NCBI GenBank assembly: GCA_035758565.1
Contig: DASTXL010000002.1
Location: 19,118-83,117 of the forward strand
Reading direction: 5' to 3'
Source of the DNA: Candidatus Saccharimonadales bacterium
Lineage (GTDB): Bacteria; Patescibacteriota; Saccharimonadia; Saccharimonadales; UBA10212
DNA length: 64,000 nucleotides
Under the pieces are notes generated by a model. It did no database searches. It was not told the DNA's origin and was given only the letters and a program-made list of their open reading frames with translations. Positions 1 through 7,899 of the stretch are shown piece after piece (positions within the stretch are counted from its first letter, which is position 1; every line of letters starts with the position of its first letter). The position numbers were made by a program, and so were the translations under genes.

Positions 1-325
1 AGTTCATAGGTTTAAGGACCATTTGATCCGAAGTTTCCTGACTTTTTACCAGAAAGAGTTCATTCCCAAATTTATCCCAATGGCCGCTGGCTTTATATAG
101 ATCATTTTTTGTAATGTGTGGTGTCCACACCTTGCGAAAGCCCCTCGCCTCTCGCAGCTCGTTAGAGTACCCGGCAAGCTCATCTCTTAATATGACACCT
201 CTTGGCGTAAATAAAGGTAAACCCGAGCCCACCAGTGGCGACATTACAAAAAGATCTAGCTCTTGGCCAAGACGACGGTGGTCGTCTTCGTCTAACCTAT
301 TTTCCTCATTCATGAAGTTCATCAT
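1..325 (-). CDS. thrS: threonyl-tRNA synthetase, first ~108 aa (partial; continues beyond window start)
   Basis: Own translation of the minus strand from the ATG at 325: MMNFMNEENRLDEDDHRRLGQELDLFVMSPLVGSGLPLFTPRGVILRDELAGYSNELREARGFRKVWTPHITKNDLYKASGHWDKFGNELFLVKSQETSDQMVLKPMN. It matches the class II ThrRS core (DHRKLG..LDLF, SGHW, LKPMNCP). An in-frame TAA lies at 332-334 and an AAGGTG SD-like motif precedes the ATG. The ORF is absent from the track because it runs off the window edge. Confidence 0.85.
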   Translation of the reverse strand, partial: MMNFMNEENRLDEDDHRRLGQELDLFVMSPLVGSGLPLFTPRGVILRDELAGYSNELREARGFRKVWTPHITKNDLYKASGHWDKFGNELFLVKSQETSDQMVLKPMN

Positions 326-583
326 AACACCTTAAGCAGACTATAAAAAGATAGTGAATATGAAAAACGGCTCTGAGTGTCCTCGCAATTACACTCAAGC
401 CGGTTTTTCATTAACACTTCGGCAAAACTCAACCTGCTTTAACTATATAGGCACTAGCACTTTAATGCTAGTACTTTTTTACTCGCCTTATCCACAAGTG
501 TGCATAAGTACTGTGCTCTATCTTAACGTCATATATGAGAACTTGCTAAACCACCCCTGGTAAGCTAGTATATTTAACGTCCC

Positions 584-660
584 GGGCACGTAGCTCAGTT
601 GGCTAGAGCGTCACATTGACGTTGTGGATGTCGGGGGTTCGAGCCCCTCCGTGCCCACCA
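584..660 (+). tRNA. tRNA-Val (anticodon GAC), CCA encoded
   Basis: Hand-folded cloverleaf: GGGCACG/CGTGCCC acceptor, GCTC/GAGC D stem, TCACA-TTGACGT-TGTGG anticodon arm, GGGGG-TTCGAGC-CCCTC T arm, A-CCA end. 77 nt. Confidence 0.9.
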
Positions 661-690
661 CGAAAACTTTGCTTTCAGGAGCAGAGTTTT

Positions 691-1794
691 TTATTTTCTA
701 TATTGTTCACAAATTCGCTGCAGGTAGCGAAGATTGTGAACCGAAGCCAAGGTTCCGGCTAGTGGATTATCTGTTTTATAAAGTTGTCTAAGGAAGGCTC
801 GACTGTAGCCAGTTTGACAAGCCTGGCAATCACACCCCTGTTCTATGACAGATTTATCAGCTGCAAAGGTCGCATTCTTAAGATTGAGCTTTTGGTCGCC
901 GCTCACCCAAACACTACCGTGACGTGCGTTACGAGTTGGGAGTACGCAATCCATCATGTCGATTCCGTGATTAAGTCCAAACCTTAAGTCGATTGGGTCA
1001 CCAACGCCCATGAGGTATCGGACTTTCGTAGGGTCGTACAATGCAGCCAGATACTCTAACATGCCATGCATTTCTTCTCTACTTTCACCAACTGACAATC
1101 CTCCAACGGCCACGCCATCCACATCTTGAGCCTGGACAAAATCAAGGCTGCGGGCCCGCAGTTTTTTGTCCAGCCCACCTTGAGAAATGCCGAATAACAG
1201 AGGTCGCTTGTTGGTAGCCATACCAACAGTTAGTCTCTTAAATTCAGCTACACAGCGCTCCAGCCAGCGGTGAGTACGCTCCAGCGCCTCGCTTGTTCGA
1301 TGCCGATCGCTTAGGCTTAGTCCAGTTAAATCATCAAAGGCCATAATGATGTCCGAGCCAAGTGCGAATTGAATCTGCATCGATTTTTCTGGCGAAATAA
1401 AAACTTTATCTCCCGTTTTTGGATCTTTAAATTCAACCCCTTCCTCTGTTATTTTTCTAACTTTGGCCAGCGAAAACACCTGAAAGCCACCAGAATCCGT
1501 TAGTATCGGGCCCTCCCACTTATTGAATTGGTGCAGTCCGCCAAACTTCTTAATAAGTGCCTCTCCAGGCTGAAGGTGCAAATGATAGGTGTTGCTCAGT
1601 AAAATTTGAGCGCCCGTATTCTTGACCTGAACGGGATCAACTCCTTTAACCGCCGCTCTGGTGGCTACCGGCATAAAGAGGGGTGTGATTACAGAACCCC
1701 GCCTAGTGTTGAGAATTCCACTGCGGGCAAATTTGCTTGACGTTTGTATCTGTTGAAAGGTGTTTTTAGACACTTGGTCTATTGTAGCAGGCAT
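691..1794 (-). CDS. tgt: queuine tRNA-ribosyltransferase
   Basis: ORF 691..1890 contains Tgt motifs (TPLFMPVATRAAVKG, LLSNTYHL, TDSGGFQVFSL, CxCxxC...). I place the start at the internal Met (MPATIDQ..., ATG at 1794) because the first 32 aa have no counterpart in Tgt. The 1890 start remains possible. Confidence 0.9.
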   Translation of the reverse strand: MPATIDQVSKNTFQQIQTSSKFARSGILNTRRGSVITPLFMPVATRAAVKGVDPVQVKNTGAQILLSNTYHLHLQPGEALIKKFGGLHQFNKWEGPILTDSGGFQVFSLAKVRKITEEGVEFKDPKTGDKVFISPEKSMQIQFALGSDIIMAFDDLTGLSLSDRHRTSEALERTHRWLERCVAEFKRLTVGMATNKRPLLFGISQGGLDKKLRARSLDFVQAQDVDGVAVGGLSVGESREEMHGMLEYLAALYDPTKVRYLMGVGDPIDLRFGLNHGIDMMDCVLPTRNARHGSVWVSGDQKLNLKNATFAADKSVIEQGCDCQACQTGYSRAFLRQLYKTDNPLAGTLASVHNLRYLQRICEQYRK

Positions 1795-1986
1795 TGACAG
1801 CAAATTGCCCAGATGATAACTTTGTCTACTGTTAATAGTGAGGTAAGTTTTGAGTACCACGAATGTTGGTAACCCGCTTGAAGGATTCAAGCTTTTTTAC
1901 GAAGAAATTATTAACGTAAAACCAGCTCAGCCCCGGATTCGCCGTACCAGGCAAGCCCGAGCCTAAGCGCTTAAAACAGAGAAGCA

Positions 1987-2012
1987 AACCCCGGTCTAAG
2001 GCCGGGGTTTTT
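1987..2012 (+). terminator. rho-independent terminator-like hairpin (AACCCCGG-tctaagg-CCGGGGTT + TTT)
   Basis: Perfect 8-bp GC-rich stem followed by a T-run. It lies in the tgt/nrdR divergent intergenic region with no upstream CDS on the plus strand. Confidence 0.5.
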
Positions 2013-2078
2013 AGTTTTCCATAATCTTAGATAAGTTTTCCACTGGTATTCTTACCAGCGTTATGACAATATGTTGAC

Positions 2079-2489
2079 ATGGTTTGTCCATATTGTGGCT
2101 CCGCAACAAGCGTTAAGAATAGCCGCCACCAAAAGCGCAACAATCAGATTTGGCGCCGCCGACAATGCTCTGTCTGTTTAGCAATCTTTACTACGCACGA
2201 ATCTATAGATGCGTCCTCGACATTTGTAGTTCAAAAAGGTGCGAGGACCGAACCATATAACCCGGCTATTTTATTAAGTGAATTAGTAAGTTGTCTACGC
2301 GACCGTAAAGGTGTTCATATGGCCGCTCAGGAGTTAAACGCGGTAATAACGCAAAATGTTCTTAAAAATGCCTCAAACGGCTTGATATTAGCTCGTAGCA
2401 TCACTAATGAGACCGCCGCCGTACTAAAAAGATTTGACCACCAGGCCTATCTTAGATTCTTGTCAGAGCACCCCTCCTTGGTGAAATGA
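2079..2489 (+). CDS. nrdR: transcriptional repressor NrdR (zinc ribbon + ATP-cone)
   Basis: N-terminal CPYCGS...CSVC zinc ribbon followed by an ATP-cone-like region. Length (136 aa) is typical of NrdR. Confidence 0.85.
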   Translation: MVCPYCGSATSVKNSRHQKRNNQIWRRRQCSVCLAIFTTHESIDASSTFVVQKGARTEPYNPAILLSELVSCLRDRKGVHMAAQELNAVITQNVLKNASNGLILARSITNETAAVLKRFDHQAYLRFLSEHPSLVK

Positions 2490-4100
2490 TTACATATTGG
2501 CGACGTCGGCGCGTTCGCTCTTGATGGCTTTTTCAGTAACGTTAAATTTGCTAATGTACCAGCCGAACATTAAGCGAGTCTGAGCATTGACGGCCGCAAA
2601 ACCGTTGTACAAGATTGTGGTAACTGGTAGATAAATCCACTGAACCATCATCCACAGAGTTCGTCGACGCTTATAGCGGGCCGGCTTTGGCGGCAGGGCT
2701 TGAAAACTCAAGTAAAGAGTCATTAGAATTCCAACCATTGCTACGGTTTGAAGCTTGCTGGCTACTTGTGGTAATTGGTTAGCTATATAGCTCTGAGGAT
2801 TAAGGAAGAAAGGCACTAGAGCGGCCAGAGCTATTATTAGCGGCGCGGTAGACCAGCTTAGGTGTCCCTCTAACAGGCGCCAGAACTTAGCTAAAACCTT
2901 AGTCTTTGGAATTCTATTGGGTTTTAAGAAACCATTATAAGCGACATAAGCGACATCAGAAGCGCCCCAGGCCCAACGCTGAATTTGTATAAACTGCATC
3001 TTTAGTGTGCGTTTATAGCTGTCTGTTAAAACGGCATCCTGATAAATAGGAACAAATATGGGGTATACATCGTGTTTGCCATCATAGCGAAAATAGGTAC
3101 GCCAGTACTGGTGCCCGTCTTCGACTATAGTCCTAACGCTCCAAAAATCTGTGTCGATTAAGGCCGCCAGCGGTTGAGCGTGCGAACTAAAATTACGCAG
3201 CATGTGCGGGCGCATAGATAGCACCACATTCCAGAATGAGTTACCGGTGGCTATTACCCTCATTGGGGCTGGGGCATCCCAAATATTATTGGTATACATC
3301 GGTATGGGCTGATACGAGGAGTATTTAGGCTCTTCAGTAGAACAATATGTGTAGGTCAGTGCGGCAAAGTACTGCGGGTCGGGCCGGTTATCGGCATCGA
3401 GCGTGGTGACCATAACGCGCAGCGGATCAATCTTCTGCTTTTCAATAAATTTTTGAAAGACAAATCCCGCGTAAGTGATGTTGCCGCCCTTGCCTATTAC
3501 TTCTCCGGGAATATCTGCCGGGTGCTTACTGGCAACCGCAGAATAGAATTTTGAACCATATTTCTTGATGAGATATTTAGCCAGATCATCGGCGGCCTTG
3601 CCGCCCCGTTCTTCGTAGGCCAACACCAGCATTATTTTTTTCATGTCATAGTCAGAAGCTAGCACTGACTGCACGGTTGACTCGACAATTTCTTGCGGTT
3701 CATTGTAAAAAGCAATGAAAACAGCGTGATAAATTTCGCTGGGTTTCATTCTCTCGGGCATGTATTGCTTAACCCGGGCTAAGTTTCGCTCGTGCCATTT
3801 GGGCAGGTTCTTGGTCTTTAGTTCGAGGATCTCTAGGTCGGCATTAAGTTTTTGCCACGGCATATTGCGGTGGCTTTTCATTTGCCGCCAACCCTGAAAG
3901 GATCGAACATTCAAGCCAACGGCTCGCACAAACCATAGAAGAAGATAGGCAATAATAAAATAAGTGGCTAGTCTGGGACTCACGATACTAAAGATCACCG
4001 GCAAGATAAGTACAATCCAGGTTAAAGCGCCCGGTAGGATTTCAAAAGCTCGATATCGCCAATCTCTATCTTCGGGCTGGGGAATCTCAATGGAGCGCAT
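2490..4100 (-). CDS. membrane-embedded family 2 glycosyltransferase (processive beta-glycan synthase-like)
   Basis: Multiple TM segments at both ends. TLDADN and QIQRWAWGA (QxxRW) motifs are typical of processive GT2 enzymes. Confidence 0.8.
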   Translation of the reverse strand: MRSIEIPQPEDRDWRYRAFEILPGALTWIVLILPVIFSIVSPRLATYFIIAYLLLWFVRAVGLNVRSFQGWRQMKSHRNMPWQKLNADLEILELKTKNLPKWHERNLARVKQYMPERMKPSEIYHAVFIAFYNEPQEIVESTVQSVLASDYDMKKIMLVLAYEERGGKAADDLAKYLIKKYGSKFYSAVASKHPADIPGEVIGKGGNITYAGFVFQKFIEKQKIDPLRVMVTTLDADNRPDPQYFAALTYTYCSTEEPKYSSYQPIPMYTNNIWDAPAPMRVIATGNSFWNVVLSMRPHMLRNFSSHAQPLAALIDTDFWSVRTIVEDGHQYWRTYFRYDGKHDVYPIFVPIYQDAVLTDSYKRTLKMQFIQIQRWAWGASDVAYVAYNGFLKPNRIPKTKVLAKFWRLLEGHLSWSTAPLIIALAALVPFFLNPQSYIANQLPQVASKLQTVAMVGILMTLYLSFQALPPKPARYKRRRTLWMMVQWIYLPVTTILYNGFAAVNAQTRLMFGWYISKFNVTEKAIKSERADVANM

Positions 4101-4104
4101 ATGC

Positions 4105-4461
4105 TTATTGTATAGAAATCAAAGCGTTAGCGACAATAATGGCCAGGACTACCAGAAAATTAGACATCGCAAGCAGCATAACAGATATTTGCTTACGCAA
4201 ATTATAGGTTCGGTAAGCCAACACAACAGCCGCGGCGGCACTAAAAATCATAAAAATAGCTAGAGCGTATATATCAATAGGCTTGCCACTTTGATAATAA
4301 ATTCCTACGAGATTTTGACGATAAGCGGCTGTGGTGGTGGGGTTTTTAGATACGTCAAAACGTATCAGAACCGTACTCACCCCAATAGCTGTTAGCGTTG
4401 CAAGAGCGGTTATAAGCAACAGTACTAGCCTGTCATGTAAAAATTTCTTAGAGATTTCCAC
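4105..4461 (-). CDS. small integral membrane protein (3-4 TM), unknown function
   Basis: 118-aa hydrophobic ORF tightly packed upstream of the GT2 gene on the same strand (4-nt gap). Confidence 0.6.
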   Translation of the reverse strand: MEISKKFLHDRLVLLLITALATLTAIGVSTVLIRFDVSKNPTTTAAYRQNLVGIYYQSGKPIDIYALAIFMIFSAAAAVVLAYRTYNLRKQISVMLLAMSNFLVVLAIIVANALISIQ

Positions 4462-4503
4462 TTATTTAAGTTTACACTTTTTTTATTACAGGTTTTCGAA
4501 TTT

Positions 4504-4578
4504 TGGTGCGGGTGGCGGGAGTCGAACCCGCGTCTCGGCCTTGGGAAGGCCATATAATAGCCGTTATACGACACCCGC
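4504..4578 (-). tRNA. tRNA-Gly (anticodon CCC), CCA encoded
   Basis: Reverse complement folds as GCGGGTG acceptor, TGGCC-TTCCCAA-GGCCG anticodon arm, GCGGG-TTCGACT-CCCGC T arm, A-CCA. 75 nt. Confidence 0.88.
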
Positions 4579-4602
4579 CCGCCCTCTTGCAAAGCTCCAT
4601 AG

Positions 4603-4678
4603 TGGAGCCGATAGGCGGATTCGAACCGCCGACCTTCACTTTACGAAAGTGCTGCTCTACCAGCTGAGCTATATCGGC
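4603..4678 (-). tRNA. tRNA-Thr (anticodon CGT), CCA encoded
   Basis: Reverse complement: GCCGATA acceptor, GCTC-AGCTGGTA-GAGC D arm, GCACT-TTCGTAA-AGTGA anticodon arm, GGCGG-TTCGAAT-CCGCC T arm, T-CCA. 76 nt. Confidence 0.88.
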
Positions 4679-4715
4679 ACCAAAGTAAAAAACCTGAGAG
4701 TTAGTATAACAGATG

Positions 4716-4892
4716 TTAGACAAGAGCTACTCGTTGGTAGGTAAGCGCTTTGTCTGTTCGAGCACTTTCTCGTTCAGCTAAAAATTTTATGTAAATATCG
4801 CAGGCAGCCGCAGCACCCGATGCCTGAACGACTCTTAAGAGTTGTGTCTCGATGCGCTCAGCCTTACTCGGCAGTATTTTTGTTTCATTCAT
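4716..4892 (-). CDS. 58-aa hypothetical protein (below the ORF-track cutoff)
   Basis: Own translation: MNETKILPSKAERIETQLLRVVQASGAAAACDIYIKFLAERESARTDKALTYQRVALV. A strong SD (AAGAGGGGA) lies 5 nt upstream of the ATG. No recognisable family. Confidence 0.4.
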   Translation of the reverse strand: MNETKILPSKAERIETQLLRVVQASGAAAACDIYIKFLAERESARTDKALTYQRVALV

Positions 4893-5028
4893 AACTATCC
4901 CCTCTTATATTTTCATGGTGCTCGCGCTTAAGAGGTAAGTCAATGTTTTGTTGCAATAACAACAAGTTTCTAAGGTGTTAGCTGTTGTTATGAATTCACA
5001 AAAACTGGCTACATTTTTTGTTCGAAAG

Positions 5029-5081
5029 TAAAACAACCACCTCCCAGGTGGCAGTTTTATTTATGGCGGGCCCGACCGGAT
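5029..5081 (-). repeat. orphan copy of the tRNA-Asp 3' end (17 nt incl. CCA) plus its downstream terminator hairpin
   Basis: 5029..5081 is near-identical to 5201..5253. Differences are confined to the hairpin loop/stem (cctccc vs ctttgc). Confidence 0.85.
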
Positions 5082-5235
5082 GAACGCTTGAGCTACTGCC
5101 TGCACCATATGCTCGGAGTAAACTCCTGCGCGTATGGCTTGTCATCGAACCGCGTCTACGCCGACTTCGGTTCGCATCGCAGACAAGGTCTGCCCAAAAT
5201 TAAAACAACCACTTTGCAGGTGGCAGTTTTATTTA

Positions 5236-5312
5236 TGGCGGGCCCGACCGGATTCGAACCGGCGATCTCCTCCGTGACAGGGAGGCATGTTAGGCCTCTA
5301 CACCACGAGCCC
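5236..5312 (-). tRNA. tRNA-Asp (anticodon GTC), CCA encoded
   Basis: Reverse complement: GGGCTCG acceptor, CCTCC-CTGTCAC-GGAGG anticodon arm, GCCGG-TTCGAAT-CCGGT T arm, G-CCA. 77 nt. Followed (minus strand) by an A-run/hairpin/T-run terminator at 5201..5233. Confidence 0.9.
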
Positions 5313-5374
5313 GCGTATCTTATTGAACAGCTGCTAGTCTATCAATTTACAGATAAAAAAGCAATTCGAGCGGC

Positions 5375-6478
5375 CTAAAAATGAACGTATGTTTTAACGG
5401 GCTCTTTGGCCTTCTCGGCGTTAATATAGCTTTGAATATCTTTTAGCTTGAATGAGATGTGCTGAGCCGTGACGCTAGCTCCATTAGTTTTATTTACTTT
5501 AACTATCTCGAGAGTAGGTCCGGCGTCTATTATGCCAGACACCTGCCCTTGTTTAAGCTTAAATAGCTCTTCTGTTACCTGAGGCGGAATGTTAGGATTC
5601 TCTTTAGTTATAGAGATGCCATAATCACCACCGTTATCCTTAGCCGAAGGATCATCTGAAAATTTCTTGGCCACATCGGTAAAGTTCGTACCACTGTTCA
5701 CTTGGGCCAAAGCTTGCTGCGCGCGGCTGTTGGTAGCGGTGTCTAGTTTAGCGACCACCTTCTCTGCCAATATTTGGTCTTTGAGACTCCGCTTGAAGTC
5801 ATTGACTGACCAACCCCAATAATCACGCAGCACGTCGGCAAATACCTTGTTATTACTACCCAGTCGGTTTTGAGCCCTAACTTCGGCTATACGATCATCC
5901 ACTTCTTTGTTAGACACGCTCACTCGATTTTGGCGCGCTAAAATCTTTACGTAAGAATTATTTATCACATCGTTCAATGCCTGCTTGCGAAACTGCAAAA
6001 GTTGCTGCTGGCCACTGCCACTGAAGTCCTTTTGCTGCTGTGTTTGATAGTAGTGAATATAGTGGCGCAGTTCGAAGAGGTAATTTTCGTAATCTACGTA
6101 GTTCCCGCCTGTTTTAGCTATCGGGAACGGCACAACTTGCGTAGCCCTATAAACAAAGGTGTTGTATTGATAAAACTTATATAGGGCCAAGCCGCAGTAA
6201 ATCATAAAAGCCACCAATGCACCGATAACAATAGACAAGGTGACCGTAACTATGCGGCGCTTAGAGTGCTGCAGAGGATAGATATACTTACGAGCGCCCT
6301 TAAGAACCTCCTCGCGGTGCTCGGTAATGTTCTCGTTAGTAATCCGCTGGACCGGCCCTAACTGAGGTGGCTCTTCTGGCTTTGGTGGCGCCAGCGGATT
6401 AAGGGTAGCTGCCTTTTCAGCAACCACCTCAGGCACTAACTCCCTTACTTTTTTAACCTTCTTAAATTTTTTGATCAT
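5375..6478 (-). CDS. membrane-anchored parvulin-type peptidyl-prolyl isomerase (PrsA/SurA-like foldase)
   Basis: N-terminal TM segment, SurA-like helical region, and a C-terminal PpiC-type pattern (FSDDPSAKDNGGDYG...LKQGQVSGIID...LEIVKV). Confidence 0.7.
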   Translation of the reverse strand: MIKKFKKVKKVRELVPEVVAEKAATLNPLAPPKPEEPPQLGPVQRITNENITEHREEVLKGARKYIYPLQHSKRRIVTVTLSIVIGALVAFMIYCGLALYKFYQYNTFVYRATQVVPFPIAKTGGNYVDYENYLFELRHYIHYYQTQQQKDFSGSGQQQLLQFRKQALNDVINNSYVKILARQNRVSVSNKEVDDRIAEVRAQNRLGSNNKVFADVLRDYWGWSVNDFKRSLKDQILAEKVVAKLDTATNSRAQQALAQVNSGTNFTDVAKKFSDDPSAKDNGGDYGISITKENPNIPPQVTEELFKLKQGQVSGIIDAGPTLEIVKVNKTNGASVTAQHISFKLKDIQSYINAEKAKEPVKTYVHF

Positions 6479-7071
6479 GACTCAATAATTTTTGGCTCCT
6501 CTGCCAACCCCAACCGTTGGGTAGGATGAATGCCCAGCTCTCGCAAAATCTCCACCATCTTCTTTTGTACACGCCCCGGGTGATGGACACTATGGATAAC
6601 AAGATCCCCCACGTACGTTTGCACGACTATTGTACCAAATCTTAGGACTGTTTGTTCGAGCCCCGAGATCTGGTAGTTAATCATTTGAATTTGTTCTAAG
6701 CCAATGTCTACTACATCAACCTGCAATAGGCTTCTGGTTTGTTGGATGAACCGCTGGGTAGTCATTATGTAAACACTAAAATACCAGCGCACCCACCACG
6801 GAAAAATCACCACGGCCGCCAAAGCAAGGCTCAACAAGAAGCTCAAAAAAAAGAACGTTATAGTTGGCGGGTTATTCTTATCTACGTATGTAAGTATCAA
6901 TGTGTACAGCGGCCCAACTAGTACTGCCAGCGAAGCAAAGAGCAACCCCTTGCGCATAACGATTGGATGCTTGCGAAAAACCAGCATAACATCTTCGTCG
7001 TCGAACTGCTCGCTAAAATAACGTGATTTTTGGGACTTAGGATGTGTCTCTTCACCTTCCTTAACGCTCAT
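6475..7071 (-). CDS. membrane protein with bacterial PH-like domain (YdbS/YdbT-like), unknown function
   Basis: Two TM helices after an FRKHPIV motif. ATGA overlap with the downstream PPIase gene suggests co-translation. Confidence 0.55.
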   Translation of the reverse strand: MSVKEGEETHPKSQKSRYFSEQFDDEDVMLVFRKHPIVMRKGLLFASLAVLVGPLYTLILTYVDKNNPPTITFFFLSFLLSLALAAVVIFPWWVRWYFSVYIMTTQRFIQQTRSLLQVDVVDIGLEQIQMINYQISGLEQTVLRFGTIVVQTYVGDLVIHSVHHPGRVQKKMVEILRELGIHPTQRLGLAEEPKIIES

Positions 7072-7116
7072 GTTTAGTATTTTAACTCAAAAGATATAGA
7101 ATTAAACAGACTACGA

Positions 7117-7187
7117 GGTCTGGTAGTTCAATGGATAAAACAACTCCGTTAAATCACCCTGCAAAATCGTGCGATTTGGCGAAGACC
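7117..7187 (+). pseudogene. tRNA-like fragment: duplicated 5' half of tRNA-Arg fused to unrelated sequence
   Basis: 7123..7150 (gtagttcaatggataaaacaactccgt) is identical to 7213..7240 of the intact tRNA-Arg. The remainder cannot form an anticodon or canonical T arm. Confidence 0.5.
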
Positions 7188-7206
7188 TAGTGGTATCAGA
7201 CAGGAA

Positions 7207-7281
7207 GCCCCTGTAGTTCAATGGATAAAACAACTCCGTCCTAAGGAGAAGCTAGAGGTTCGAATCCTCTCGGGGGCACCA
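7207..7281 (+). tRNA. tRNA-Arg (anticodon CCT), CCA encoded
   Basis: GCCCCTG/CGGGGGC acceptor, ACTCC-GTCCTAA-GGAGA anticodon arm, AGAGG-TTCGAAT-CCTCT T arm, A-CCA. 75 nt. Confidence 0.85.
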
Positions 7282-7797
7282 TTACTTGAGTTTGTCTGTT
7301 TGCTGAGTAAAATGCTCGTTAACTAGTTTGTAGTCAAATAGCTCTTCTGCTTTAAACCAGTGGGCTATTTCTTTCTTGGCTTCTTGGGCGTCGCCAGAGG
7401 CGTGAATCAAGTTGGGCATACCAGTCATTGTGCGTTCATTCACATGCGTATAGCTAAGGTGTGCGTAATCCCCACGAATGGTACCTGGCTGAGCCGACTT
7501 TGGCTCAGTGTCACCTACAAGCTTTCGAACTAGGTCAACGGCCTCTACGCCCTCTAAAACCGCTGCCACTACGGGACCAGTCATCATGGCGTCGGCATTT
7601 CGGCGATAGACTTCTTCGCCTCTTCGGGAAATAATCTTGCTGATTTCTTCGTAGTGGTAATGATAGTGATCTTCGTCTGGGAAAACCATTTTCATGCCAA
7701 TAAACTTCAATCCGACTCGCTCGAATCTGGCTATGATTTCGCCCATTAGGCCGCGTTGAACTGCGTCTGGCTTTAGGATTATGAGTGTTCGTTCCAT
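7282..7797 (-). CDS. ndk: nucleoside diphosphate kinase
   Basis: MERTLIILKPDAVQRGL...IRGDY...NLIHASD-type motifs. The stop codon abuts the tRNA-Arg 3' end. Confidence 0.9.
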   Translation of the reverse strand: MERTLIILKPDAVQRGLMGEIIARFERVGLKFIGMKMVFPDEDHYHYHYEEISKIISRRGEEVYRRNADAMMTGPVVAAVLEGVEAVDLVRKLVGDTEPKSAQPGTIRGDYAHLSYTHVNERTMTGMPNLIHASGDAQEAKKEIAHWFKAEELFDYKLVNEHFTQQTDKLK

Positions 7798-7899
7798 ATA
7801 TCTTTCCGTTTATTTTAGACTATTTTAACAGAGAAAGAGCCTGTTGGCCAAATTGAACAATAAAAATGTTCGTTTACTAACGTCTGTTACAATAAGCTT

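Noticed and set aside
114-335. 73-aa plus-strand ORF from the track
   Set aside because: It is antisense to a clear ThrRS coding sequence on the minus strand. Its low-complexity Ser/Arg content is typical of an antisense frame.
354-563. 69-aa plus-strand ORF upstream of tRNA-Val
   Set aside because: It has no SD, an odd composition and no recognisable motif. It more likely lies in the intergenic/promoter region for thrS and the tRNA.
2040-2078. Possible NrdR box upstream of nrdR (ttatgacaatatgttgaca)
   Set aside because: The sequence is not a proper palindrome when reverse-complemented, and I cannot match it to the NrdR-box consensus with confidence.
4331-4744. ORFs 4331..4744 (+) and 4472..4723 (-)
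   Set aside because: They run straight through tRNA-Gly and tRNA-Thr, so they are artefacts of the stop-free tRNA sequence.
5082-5200. SRP RNA / tmRNA identity for the structured insert next to tRNA-Asp
   Set aside because: It is too short for tmRNA. It also lacks the SRP helix-8 motif (GGAA tetraloop with AGCA/GGCA symmetric loop). It is kept only as an unexplained structured insert.
5088-5378. 96-aa plus-strand ORF
   Set aside because: It overlaps tRNA-Asp and the duplicated tRNA-end repeat on the opposite strand, and it has no coding signature.
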